64,000 nt of DNA, taken from a candidate division FCPU426 bacterium. Its GTDB lineage: Bacteria > Oederibacteriota > PGYV01 > Palsa-1178. Below, one piece after another: positions 30,907-39,787 of this stretch. A model generated the notes under the pieces. The model was not told the origin of the DNA. It worked only from the letters and a program-made list of their open reading frames with translations, and did no database searches. The DNA is taken from contig CAWIXE010000003.1 of NCBI GenBank assembly GCA_963840035.1, positions 416,001 through 480,000 on the forward strand, written 5' to 3'. Position 1 is the stretch's first letter. Every line of letters starts with the position of its first letter. The translations under genes and the position numbers were made by a program.

Positions 30907-30961
30907 GAATTGAAGATAGTAGATTGTGGATTGCGGATTAAATGCCAAATGCCGAATGAGA
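30906..30961 (+). repeat. Eight in-phase heptamers of two families, no inverted arm
   Basis: GGAATTG AAGATAG TAGATTG TGGATTG CGGATTA AATGCCA AATGCCG AATGAGA. Confidence 0.75.
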
Positions 30962-30986
30962 TCTTAGCAATAACAAAGGATAATCA

Positions 30987-31745
30987 ATGCTTACAAAACG
31001 TATTATACCTTGCCTGGACGTAAACAAAGGGCGAGTGGTAAAAGGCATAAAATTTCTTAACCTCGTTGACGCAGGGGACCCGGTTGAAGCGGCTTATGAA
31101 TATAACCTGGCCGGGGCCGATGAAGTGGTGTTCCTCGATATAACAGCCTCCCATGAAAAACGCAAGACTATCATTGATGTCATCCGCAAAACCGCGGAAA
31201 AAGTATTCATACCCTTAACCGTGGGCGGCGGCATACGCGCTGTCGCTGACATGGAACTCATACTTAAAAACGGAGCGGACAAGATTTCCGTCAATACCGC
31301 TGCCGTATACAACCCCAAACTCATAAAAGAAGGCGCCAAGAAATTCGGCAGCCAGTGCATAGTCCTGGCAGTTGACGCAAAGCGCAGGGAAAAAGGCGGA
31401 TGGGAAGTCTACACCCACGGCGGAAGGACTGCCACCGGAATAGACGCCATACAATGGATCAAAAAAGCCGTAAAGCTCGGTGCGGGCGAAATACTGCTTA
31501 CCTCCATGGACGCCGACGGAACGAAAGCCGGGTATGACATTCCACTTAACAAAGCGGTCTCGGAAGCCGTAGACGTTCCTGTCATAGCCTCAGGCGGCGC
31601 GGGAAGCCCCGAGCATATGCTGCACGTATTAAAGGAAGGCAAAGCCGACGCGGTGCTGGCGGCCTCCATATTTCACTATAAGGAATACACGGTCGGTTCG
31701 GTTAAAAAGTACCTGGCTGACAGGGGAATACCAATAAGACTGTAG
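30987..31745 (+). CDS. hisF: Imidazole glycerol phosphate synthase, cyclase subunit
   Basis: [23 protein letters not shown] and IASGGAG. Confidence 0.97.
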   Translation: MLTKRIIPCLDVNKGRVVKGIKFLNLVDAGDPVEAAYEYNLAGADEVVFLDITASHEKRKTIIDVIRKTAEKVFIPLTVGGGIRAVADMELILKNGADKISVNTAAVYNPKLIKEGAKKFGSQCIVLAVDAKRREKGGWEVYTHGGRTATGIDAIQWIKKAVKLGAGEILLTSMDADGTKAGYDIPLNKAVSEAVDVPVIASGGAGSPEHMLHVLKEGKADAVLAASIFHYKEYTVGSVKKYLADRGIPIRL

Positions 31746-31768
31746 CTTTGAAATTATATGGGGGAGTA

Positions 31769-32818
31769 ATGAAAATAATAAAACAAGCCACAATACTTTA
31801 TTTGTTTATTTGTATTGTTGCATTTTCTAATTCATTAAAAGCCATTTCGGAGGAGAAATATGAAGCGTCAATTATGATGACGTTTCATAATGGAAGTGGG
31901 ATTTGGGATCTAAGTTATAAAAATGATGTGTGGCCCACCACGTTAGCTTTTGATGAGAAAGGAAATATGTATATTTATGATTTGCTAAATTGGAGAATAT
32001 CGTTTTTCGATGATGAATACAGTTTCAAAGGAAGTGTGGATATACCTGCGGGATTTAGAAGCTTTTTTGAAAAAGATTTTCCTTCTGGATCATATGAAGG
32101 AGAAACATCGGGCGGATGGATTGGGATAAATAATAAAGGGAATATAATGGTTTCCCCTATTTCGGGTTTGGGAGGAGGACCGGGGAAAGGTGTTATAGAA
32201 TTAAACAAATCCTGTGAGTTAATAAAATTTTATGCTTCACCAGAAGCTTTTAGGGATAAAGAATACTTTAAAATCATTGAAAATAAAGACAAAGTTGGCA
32301 ATATAACGGAAATGTTAAAAATGACCTCTCAATGTCAAATAGATATTGGCGGTTATACTGATGATCAACCCCGGTACTTTTTATCATACTATACGCGTCC
32401 TGTGAAAGTTGCATATGTTATGATTGTAAAAAACACGGGGAGGTATGACGACTATATTTCAGAATATGTACGGGATAAAAAGTTCCATTACGGGATTGTG
32501 ATAGCAGATGGCAAATCTGTCATTGAAAGGTTTCTTGTTGTTTCGGACAGTAATCATTCAAATAATGCATTCTATACGACACCAATAGGCGAAGATAAAT
32601 ATGGTAATAGTTATATTTTGGTTGATGCGCGTTTTGATTCAAAAACAACCAAGAATGTTTATAAATATAATTTGAGAGGCGATCTTATTGCTACTATGGA
32701 AATGATTGATAACGCACATATGCCAGTAGTGGATCAAAATGGACGTGTCTTTCAGCTGGTTAAAAAAGATTCGAGAGACAGTGTTGAAATAGAATTGATT
32801 GAATGGAAGAAAAAATAG
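31769..32818 (+). CDS. Hypothetical exported protein, AT-rich, possible beta-propeller
   Basis: Signal-peptide-like start after GGAG; FDEKGNMYIYD, EDKYGNSYI and VDQNGRVF blade-like motifs; visibly AT-richer than neighbours. Confidence 0.65.
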   Translation: MKIIKQATILYLFICIVAFSNSLKAISEEKYEASIMMTFHNGSGIWDLSYKNDVWPTTLAFDEKGNMYIYDLLNWRISFFDDEYSFKGSVDIPAGFRSFFEKDFPSGSYEGETSGGWIGINNKGNIMVSPISGLGGGPGKGVIELNKSCELIKFYASPEAFRDKEYFKIIENKDKVGNITEMLKMTSQCQIDIGGYTDDQPRYFLSYYTRPVKVAYVMIVKNTGRYDDYISEYVRDKKFHYGIVIADGKSVIERFLVVSDSNHSNNAFYTTPIGEDKYGNSYILVDARFDSKTTKNVYKYNLRGDLIATMEMIDNAHMPVVDQNGRVFQLVKKDSRDSVEIELIEWKKK

Positions 32819-33030
32819 TAGTATTAGGAAGTCAGTTTATTCTTAGTCGGTTATTAGTGCTTTTTGGTAAATTATAGTGGTATATAATAGTGCGTGCTCG
32901 CCTGCAATGGTATAAATAACAAAACTCGAATCGATTAGTTTTGGATATTAATCATACTGCGCATGGATTTAACAAACTAATTACGGTTTTTCTTTACTTT
33001 TATACCTGGTAATGTATAATTTACAATGTA

Positions 33031-33059
33031 TTGACAATGTAAATATAGAGGGGTATAAT
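33031..33059 (+). promoter_or_regulatory. Consensus sigma70 promoter of the TA operon with repeated ACAATGTA boxes
   Basis: TTGACA, 17 nt, TATAAT; ACAATGTA at 33023 and 33034. Confidence 0.8.
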
Positions 33060-33063
33060 TAAC

Positions 33064-33336
33064 ATGAAATTCATTTATGACAAGGTAAAGGCGGATAAGT
33101 TACTGAAAGAACGCAAGATAGACTTAAAGGAGATTGAAGCCTTGCTTTTAAGGGAGGGTTATATTGCCCTCATACAAAACAAGGCCAGAATTGGGCAGTA
33201 TATTATGATTGTTAAATATAAGGGTTATATTTACGCGCTGCCATGTTTGTTTGATAAAGCAGGAAATATTGTCATTAAAACCGCTTATCCGACACGAAAA
33301 TACAATAAAAGGTATGGAGGGAATTATGAAAACTAA
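33064..33336 (+). CDS. BrnT-like type II toxin
   Basis: 90 aa; F.YD..K...L.KER.I and IKTAYPTRK; overlaps the downstream antitoxin. Confidence 0.7.
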   Translation: MKFIYDKVKADKLLKERKIDLKEIEALLLREGYIALIQNKARIGQYIMIVKYKGYIYALPCLFDKAGNIVIKTAYPTRKYNKRYGGNYEN

Positions 33337-33631
33337 GTACAAACTGGATAAAGAAGAGCAGTGGAATGAAGATCACGCTGATGAATTCGTTCCGGTGACC
33401 GGGGCGGAGAAGAAAAGGTTTGACAGGGCTCTCGCAATGATGAGGAAGAAAAAGGCTGTAACCCTGCGCATAAACGTCAATGACCTTGGGAAAATAAAGG
33501 AAAAAGCTGAAAGGGAAGGGCTTCCTTATCAGACCCTCATATCAAGCGTTCTGCATAAGTATGCCGATAATCGGCTGAGTGAGAAGGACGAATCTCAGTC
33601 GTACGGGAAAAAGGCAAATAAAGCAAAGTAG
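33326..33631 (+). CDS. BrnA/CopG-like ribbon-helix-helix antitoxin
   Basis: VTLRINVNDLGKIKEKAEREGLPYQTLISSVLHKY; ATG 33326 follows GGAGG. Confidence 0.8.
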   Translation: MKTKYKLDKEEQWNEDHADEFVPVTGAEKKRFDRALAMMRKKKAVTLRINVNDLGKIKEKAEREGLPYQTLISSVLHKYADNRLSEKDESQSYGKKANKAK

Positions 33632-33747
33632 AGAGCCGGTTTGCATATGCCATGAGCTCTATAATATACTCATGACATATACATGTCGAATGGCTGGCTC
33701 TCTTACGCAGGGAGCTTGTCTGAGAGGGGGCAAGCCCCCTCTCTACA
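33628..33747. repeat. Degenerate GTAG-type REP-like cluster
   Basis: GTAGAGAG (33628) inverted with CTCTCTAC (33739-33746); minus-strand GTAGAGAGGGGGCTTGCCCCCTCTC hairpin. Confidence 0.55.
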
Positions 33748-33903
33748 AAAAACGGGTTTAACAATTCACTACCTAAAAAACAACAAAAATGTTTTGACTT
33801 TGCGCTATTTTAAAGCTATATCTTTATTAAGGGATTGAATATCTAAAAACCTGCCTTTACAAACCATTAAAAACCCTTAAATCATTCTTTTGGGAGGAGC
33901 ATC

Positions 33904-34425
33904 ATGAATAAGTTCCTGACAGTGATCTTTATCTTTGTGTTTGTGTTGATGGGCGTTTTTGCAACAGCTGCGCTTTTACAGACCGGGGACAGGGCACCGG
34001 ACTTTTCGTTGACCGACCAGAATGGAAAGACGGTCACGCTCTCAACGTACGCGGGGAAAAAGGCGGTTGTGCTTTACTTTTATCCTAAGGATTTTACGAA
34101 AGGATGCACTGCTGAGGCCTGTTCTTTCAGGGATAACTACGAGGTTTTTGCAAAAAAGGGGGTTGAGGTAATAGGCGTAAGCTTTGATTCTGACGTGTCG
34201 CATACAAAGTTCACGCAGGCCTATAAGCTTCCTTTTTCCCTGATTTCAGACCCCAAAGGAGCGCTCGGAAAGAAATACGGGGTTTCAACGGTCATGGGGG
34301 TTATGTCCGACAGGGTGACATTTGTCATTGATAAGAAGGGCATTATCAGGTTTGTTTACCGGTCCCTGAAGGACGCCACATTGCATGTTGACAGCGCTTT
34401 AAGGGATATAGATAAGATAAAATAA
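33904..34425 (+). CDS. bcp: Peroxiredoxin, BCP/PrxQ family, with N-terminal signal/TM segment
   Basis: APDFSL and YFYPKDFTKGCTAEACSFRD (CxxxxC). Confidence 0.9.
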   Translation: MNKFLTVIFIFVFVLMGVFATAALLQTGDRAPDFSLTDQNGKTVTLSTYAGKKAVVLYFYPKDFTKGCTAEACSFRDNYEVFAKKGVEVIGVSFDSDVSHTKFTQAYKLPFSLISDPKGALGKKYGVSTVMGVMSDRVTFVIDKKGIIRFVYRSLKDATLHVDSALRDIDKIK

Positions 34426-34452
34426 AAGGTTCTTTTTGCGCCACAGACAGAC

Positions 34453-34485
34453 AAAAAAGCCGCAATTTATCCTGCGGCTTTTTTT
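34453..34485 (+). terminator. Intrinsic terminator
   Basis: AAAAAAGCCGCA-atttatcc-TGCGGCTTTTTTT. Confidence 0.85.
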
Positions 34486-34605
34486 CTTTACTTTTGATGT
34501 ATTTAAGCTATTATAGTAAGAATTGGATACATGGTATTTAAATCACCATTCCCTGTGAACCCTCCGTGAAAAGTAGGGTGAGATGGAAGGTAAATCGAGG
34601 TAACT

Positions 34606-35004
34606 GTGGAAAAATTCGACATCAATAAGGTAAAACTGGACGAAAAAGGGCTTATGGCAGCCATTGCCCAGGATGATAAGACAGGCGATATCCTTATGAT
34701 AGCGTGGATGAATAAGGAAGCGCTTGAATTGACCTTAAAGACCCGTAAGGCACATTACTGGTCCCGTTCGCGCAACAAGCTCTGGTTTAAGGGCGAGGAG
34801 TCCGGCAATGTTCAGGAAGTAAAGAATATCTACATAGACTGCGATAACGACGCTATATTGATGAAGGTAAACCAGATAGGCGGGGCAGCTTGCCATACGG
34901 GTTACAAGTCATGCTTTTTCACGGAGATAGACAAGGACGGAAACTTGAATAACGTCGGCGGCGAAAAGATGTTTGACCCGGAAAAGATATATAAAAAAAA
35001 GTAG
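34606..35004 (+). CDS. hisI: Phosphoribosyl-AMP cyclohydrolase (monofunctional)
   Basis: YWSRSR..LWFKGEESGN, DCDNDA and ACHTGYKSCF; no HisE domain. Confidence 0.95.
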   Translation: MEKFDINKVKLDEKGLMAAIAQDDKTGDILMIAWMNKEALELTLKTRKAHYWSRSRNKLWFKGEESGNVQEVKNIYIDCDNDAILMKVNQIGGAACHTGYKSCFFTEIDKDGNLNNVGGEKMFDPEKIYKKK

Positions 35005-35018
35005 CGATATATATATGC

Positions 35019-35083
35019 TGGCAGCCGCAGCCTTTCAGGCTGCGCAACGCCGGCCTTTCGCAACCTTAAGGTTGCGGCTACCA
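35019..35083. repeat. REPIN-like doublet of two inverted GTAG-type REP hairpins
   Basis: + strand TGGCAGC-CGCAGCCT-ttc-AGGCTGCG; - strand TGGTAGC-CGCAACCTTAAGGTTGCG. Confidence 0.75.
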
Positions 35084-35102
35084 AAACAAACAGAAGGCAG
35101 AT

Positions 35103-36587
35103 ATGATAAAACCGGAACTTAAAGAAGTACTTCAGTTATCAAAACAGTACAACATAATCCCGGTCTACGGTGAGACGCTGGCTGACCTGGAGACTCCTTT
35201 GTCCGCTTACATGAAAATAGACAACCAGGAAAACTCGTTTCTTTTAGAGTCAATCGAAGGCGGGGAAAAAACAGCCCGTTATTCGTTCTTAAGCCGTGAC
35301 CCGTATAAAATATTCTCCTACGCAAACGGCGCTATTACCATAGACAGGCGGGGGGACAAGCAGGTAATACCCACAAACGATCCGTTTGCTGTTTTAAAGA
35401 CCATCTTCGCGGGTTATAAACCCGCGCCCATAAAGGGGCTGCCTGATTTTACCGGCGGCGCCATAGGCTATATAGGGTATGACGTTATCAAACTATATGA
35501 AAAAGTCCCGCATGAAAATAAGATAGACACTTTAAAATGGCCGGATATTTACCTTATGTTCAACGATGTCCTTATGATATTTGACCATGTGTACCACAAG
35601 ATACAGGTGGTAAATAACATAATGATAGCGCCGGATGACACAACAGCGTCCATAAAGGCCAAATACGCTAAAGTCATCACTAAGATTAAGCATATCATAG
35701 CGGGATTAAAGAAACCCTTAAAGCCTTTAAAGATGAAGCCGGTCAAAATCGGGAAGATCAAGCACCTGACAGACCCGGCTGATTATAAGAACGGCGTTAA
35801 AAAGGCTGTTGAACTATTAAATGACGGCGAAGCCATACAGGTGGTATTGTCCCAGCGGTTTGGCGCTGATTTTAAGGGCAACCCTATAAATATGTACCGC
35901 AGTTTAAGGACTGTAAACCCTTCGCCTTACATGCATTACCTGCGCATGGGCGGAAAGTATATCATAGGGGCATCACCGGAACTCATGACGCGCGTGGTTG
36001 ACGGCGTGGCTGAAGTAAGGCCGATTGCGGGCACGCGTAAAAGGGGAAAAACAGAGGCTGAAGATATTGCCATGGAAAAGGAACTTCTCTCCGATGTAAA
36101 AGAACGCGCAGAGCACGTCATGCTTGTGGACCTGGGGCGTAATGACCTGGGCCGCGTATGCGACGCCGGCACAGTTGTGGTAAATGACATGATGGTTATT
36201 GAGCGCTACTCTCACGTAATGCATATAGTCTCCGGAGTATCCGGGAAATTAAAAAAAGGCACGGATGCTTTTGACGCTTTCATATCCACGTTTCCGGCAG
36301 GGACCGTTTCGGGCGCCCCGAAAGTGCGCGCCATGCAGATAATTGACGAGATGGAAAAATACAAGCGGGGTCCTTACGCGGGCGCGGTGGGCATCATCAG
36401 CTTCTCGGGCAACATGGAAACATGCATCTCCATCCGCACCATTTATTACGGGGACGGCAAGATCACCATGCAGTCGGGCGCGGGCATTGTGGCGGATTCG
36501 AAGCCTGAATTTGAGTATAAAGAAACCCTTACCAAGGCTATGGCGACTTTTGAGGCGGTAAAACGCGTCAACAGTCTGGAGGAATAA
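35103..36587 (+). CDS. trpE: Anthranilate synthase component I
   Basis: FLLESIEGG, NPSPYM, RPIAGTR (TrpE-type; PabB typically has PIKGT), EHVMLVDLGRND and GTVSGAPK. Confidence 0.9.
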   Translation: MIKPELKEVLQLSKQYNIIPVYGETLADLETPLSAYMKIDNQENSFLLESIEGGEKTARYSFLSRDPYKIFSYANGAITIDRRGDKQVIPTNDPFAVLKTIFAGYKPAPIKGLPDFTGGAIGYIGYDVIKLYEKVPHENKIDTLKWPDIYLMFNDVLMIFDHVYHKIQVVNNIMIAPDDTTASIKAKYAKVITKIKHIIAGLKKPLKPLKMKPVKIGKIKHLTDPADYKNGVKKAVELLNDGEAIQVVLSQRFGADFKGNPINMYRSLRTVNPSPYMHYLRMGGKYIIGASPELMTRVVDGVAEVRPIAGTRKRGKTEAEDIAMEKELLSDVKERAEHVMLVDLGRNDLGRVCDAGTVVVNDMMVIERYSHVMHIVSGVSGKLKKGTDAFDAFISTFPAGTVSGAPKVRAMQIIDEMEKYKRGPYAGAVGIISFSGNMETCISIRTIYYGDGKITMQSGAGIVADSKPEFEYKETLTKAMATFEAVKRVNSLEE

Positions 36588-36588
36588 C

Positions 36589-37152
36589 ATGATACTCATG
36601 ATAGACAACTACGACTCATTTACATACAACATAGTGCAATACATCGGCGAGTTCACTAAAGACATCGTCGTATATAAAAATGACGAAATAACCATTAAGG
36701 AAATAATGGAGTTAAACCCTGAAAAAATAGTCATATCGCCGGGCCCTTCATGGCCGAAAAACGCCGGTATTTCAAAAGCGGTCATAACGTCATTCATGAA
36801 AGACATACCGATATTCGGCGTTTGTCTCGGACACCAGTGCATTGCGGAGGCTTTGGGCGGAAAGGTAAAACGCAATTACAGGATTATGCATGGCAAGACA
36901 TCGCCGGTGTTCCATGACGGCAAAGGCGTTTTTAAAGGGATGAAAAATCCCTTTACCGCCACCAGGTACCACTCGCTCGTTGCTGACAAAAAAACATTGT
37001 CGAAAGATCTTGTGATAAGCGCCTGGACAAAAGAAGGCGAGATAATGGGCTTAAGGCATAAAAAGTACCCGCTGGAAGGCGTCCAGTTCCACCCGGAGTC
37101 CATCTTAACCGAGGACGGGAAAAAACTAATAGGGAATTTTGTGAAAAAATGA
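36589..37152 (+). CDS. trpG: Anthranilate synthase component II (glutamine amidotransferase)
   Basis: IDNYDSFTYN, SPGP, GVCLGHQ, RYHSL and QFHPES. Confidence 0.9.
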   Translation: MILMIDNYDSFTYNIVQYIGEFTKDIVVYKNDEITIKEIMELNPEKIVISPGPSWPKNAGISKAVITSFMKDIPIFGVCLGHQCIAEALGGKVKRNYRIMHGKTSPVFHDGKGVFKGMKNPFTATRYHSLVADKKTLSKDLVISAWTKEGEIMGLRHKKYPLEGVQFHPESILTEDGKKLIGNFVKK

Positions 37153-38912
37153 AAAAATACATCGTATTTGTTCTGTCGGTACTGGCGTCCTCAATTATAT
37201 TCGGGCAGGATGTCCCACCCATTCGTGATACGAAGCCGGTTTCTGTACCGACGGTATTGGCGGTTGCAGTGACATATACTGCGGCTGTTATAACACCGGT
37301 TGCGGCAGTTTTACCGGATACAGTTACTGCAACCGCGGCCCCAGCGGGATTGACTTTGACGGCAGTATCGCCGGTTTCAATTACCGGAACGGTCAGCCCG
37401 ACGGGATCGACTTTGACGGCAGTATCGCCGGTTTCAATTACCGGAACGGTCAGCCCGACGGGATTGACTTTGACGGCAGTATCGCCGGTTTCAATTACCG
37501 GAACGGTCAGCCCGGCGGGATTAACTTTGACGGCGGCATCTCAGGTTCCGATGGTTGCGCCGCCGAGAGAAACCACTCAATCAGCTGACGATTTAAGCCC
37601 TTCAAACATTAATTTTGATACCTCCGGTTTAAACAGCATAAAACTTACCTGGGCACCAAAGTTTAAAGAAAATGTCTACTATAATGTATACAGGTCAGGT
37701 GCTGCCGCGGAATACGCAAGGCTAAACGCCGCGGTTTTTGAGAAGCCTGAATATGTGGATTCATCCATCACAAGCGCGACTTCATATTATTATAAGGTGG
37801 AAGCCATTGATTTAAGCGGGAACGCCTATTTCTCGGCCACCAGGACTGTCAAGTCGGCGGATATATTCATGCCGAACATGCCGTATGGTTTCAAGGCATA
37901 TCAGGACATACAGTCAATAATCCTGAAATGGTCCATGCCAGGCCAGACTACTTATGCTGTATCGGGGTATAATATATACAGGGGAAAGACCTCTGATAAG
38001 CAGGATTTCATAAAGTTTATTCCAGCGCAAAAGTCAAACTTCAGTGATGAGGATGTGGAGCCGGCTATCAGGTATTATTATAGCATGGCTACGGCCGATA
38101 TCAAAGGCAACGAATCAAAAAAGTCGGACATTTCATCCACAATGGCGTTTCCTCCCCCAAGGACAGGGCTCGTAACAATGACCTCGGGTTACCGTAATAA
38201 CATTTTTGACAATTACGGCCTCAACGTGGACGCGGGTTTTACCTATTACATAGGCTCCATAGTCGGGGAGCACCAGCTCGGAGGCAGGAAGGTAAGCGAT
38301 AATTTCAGCAAGCTCGGATTATGGCTTTTAACTGTGGACGCCAAGTGGACATTTTTTAACGAATTTGAGACATGGCCTTCGGTCGGGATTGGCGCGTCAT
38401 GCTCGCTGATACTGAAGGATTCCATAGGCGGCAATTCCGATGTGAGGTCAAAATCAACTTCCTTTGCCGTGGGCGATTCGCTCTTAACGGCGCAGGGCCT
38501 TTACGTGGCAGCCTCCAAAAAATTAATGTTTGAAAACACCGTTCACGCCGGATATTCCATGGGCATTAATAAAAGGGGCATTGCGGGGTTCGTGCCTTAC
38601 CTGGCTTCGTCATTCGTGTCTTCTTCGGAGTCAACCAGCGCGGACACTTCGCTTGACTTAAGGAACGCTTATTTTCTGGGATACTCAAGGCCGCTTATTA
38701 ATAAAATGGGGCTTAAAGTAGAGTATGTGGTCCCGGTGGACGTAAACGGGTCAATAAATAAAAATCCAGTAATGCCGGACACCTATGTCATAAATACGCA
38801 CATAGACAGGCTCATTAATTTTGATATCGGCTACATACACTACCGGGGAGGATACGCGTGGGTGGGTTATATAAACCTAAGGTTTACGGTATACCCGAGC
38901 CCGTATAAATAA
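37149..38912 (+). CDS. Exported protein: S/T/P repeats, two fibronectin type III-like domains, probable C-terminal beta-barrel
   Basis: Signal peptide; LTW..YNVYR..YVD..YYYKVEA and LKW..GYNIYRG..D..YYY; amphipathic C-terminal strands. Confidence 0.7.
   Translation: MKKYIVFVLSVLASSIIFGQDVPPIRDTKPVSVPTVLAVAVTYTAAVITPVAAVLPDTVTATAAPAGLTLTAVSPVSITGTVSPTGSTLTAVSPVSITGTVSPTGLTLTAVSPVSITGTVSPAGLTLTAASQVPMVAPPRETTQSADDLSPSNINFDTSGLNSIKLTWAPKFKENVYYNVYRSGAAAEYARLNAAVFEKPEYVDSSITSATSYYYKVEAIDLSGNAYFSATRTVKSADIFMPNMPYGFKAYQDIQSIILKWSMPGQTTYAVSGYNIYRGKTSDKQDFIKFIPAQKSNFSDEDVEPAIRYYYSMATADIKGNESKKSDISSTMAFPPPRTGLVTMTSGYRNNIFDNYGLNVDAGFTYYIGSIVGEHQLGGRKVSDNFSKLGLWLLTVDAKWTFFNEFETWPSVGIGASCSLILKDSIGGNSDVRSKSTSFAVGDSLLTAQGLYVAASKKLMFENTVHAGYSMGINKRGIAGFVPYLASSFVSSSESTSADTSLDLRNAYFLGYSRPLINKMGLKVEYVVPVDVNGSINKNPVMPDTYVINTHIDRLINFDIGYIHYRGGYAWVGYINLRFTVYPSPYK
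37341..37535 (+). repeat. 3.4 tandem copies of a 57-bp (19-aa) coding repeat
   Basis: P[A/T]G[L/S]TLTAVSPVSITGTVS at 37341, 37398 and 37455, partial at 37512. Confidence 0.95.
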
Positions 38913-39004
38913 CGATTTTCAATTTTCTATTTTAAATTTTCAATTTAGGAAAATAAGCCCGGATCTGCCGTTGAATTTAATTGAAAATTTAGAATTGAAA
39001 ATTG
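38913..39004. repeat. Inverted heptamer-array element (unit CAATTTT)
   Basis: CGATTTT CAATTTT CTATTTT AAATTTT CAATTTA ... TTAATTG AAAATTT AGAATTG AAAATTG. Confidence 0.85.
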
Positions 39005-39019
39005 CATTAAGGAGTTTTT

Positions 39020-39781
39020 ATGCACTGCCCTCACTGCGGAGCTTCCATAGAGAATAACGCCGATATATGCCCTTTATGCGGGACAAGCATAGATAAGGAT
39101 TCTGTTTTCACGGGGTTCATGCGCAAAGGCGACGAATTTTTCAGCAACTCTGATTATGATAAAGCGCTTGTTTACTATAATAAAGCCCTCGAAGCCGCGA
39201 AGCCAACCTCGCCTGAGATTTACATTAAACTCGGAAACACCCTTGATAAAAAAAATGACAGGCAGGCCGCGGGCATGTACTTGAAGGCGCTTTCCTTTGA
39301 TTTCTACAACGAGCACATCCACACGCTGCTTATGGCTTTTTATGACAAATACAACAGGCTGAAGGATTTAAAAGCGTGGTACGACAAGAGCCGGGCAAGC
39401 GCAGACGGCGTTTTTATAGATAAGAAAATCGAGACCATAAACAGCATAGTGTCGTTCAAGGAAAAATCTGCCGAAGTATTCGCGCAGCAGGCATCTGAAT
39501 TTAAGGACGCAAAATCCCGAAGGTTCGCAAACTCCATGATAAACGGATTTAAGCAGTACATGATGATGAATGTCATTATGGGGATAATACTCCTGGTAAT
39601 CGGCATAGGCGGTATCGCGGCGGTATATTTCGGAGCCAATGTCATGATGGTGTTTGCCGCGGCGGGTGTGTTCTTTGTCATAAGCCTGGGCGTGGTGATG
39701 TTTATCCGCACAAAAAAAATGAATGACAAGAAGGCTTCAGCCGGAAAAATGGAAGATATAATGAAGGACTTTAAGAAATAA
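39020..39781 (+). CDS. Zinc-ribbon + TPR protein with two C-terminal TM helices
   Basis: CPHCG..CPLCG, YDKALVYYNKALE and two hydrophobic segments. Confidence 0.75.
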   Translation: MHCPHCGASIENNADICPLCGTSIDKDSVFTGFMRKGDEFFSNSDYDKALVYYNKALEAAKPTSPEIYIKLGNTLDKKNDRQAAGMYLKALSFDFYNEHIHTLLMAFYDKYNRLKDLKAWYDKSRASADGVFIDKKIETINSIVSFKEKSAEVFAQQASEFKDAKSRRFANSMINGFKQYMMMNVIMGIILLVIGIGGIAAVYFGANVMMVFAAAGVFFVISLGVVMFIRTKKMNDKKASAGKMEDIMKDFKK

Positions 39782-39787
39782 ACCGGT

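Noticed and set aside
35103..37152. pabB/pabA instead of trpE/trpG
   Set aside because: PIAGT and NPSPYM motifs favour anthranilate synthase, although the amidotransferase may serve both pathways.
37341..37535. 57-bp repeats as a CRISPR array or mobile element
   Set aside because: Head-to-tail, spacerless and in frame within a CDS.
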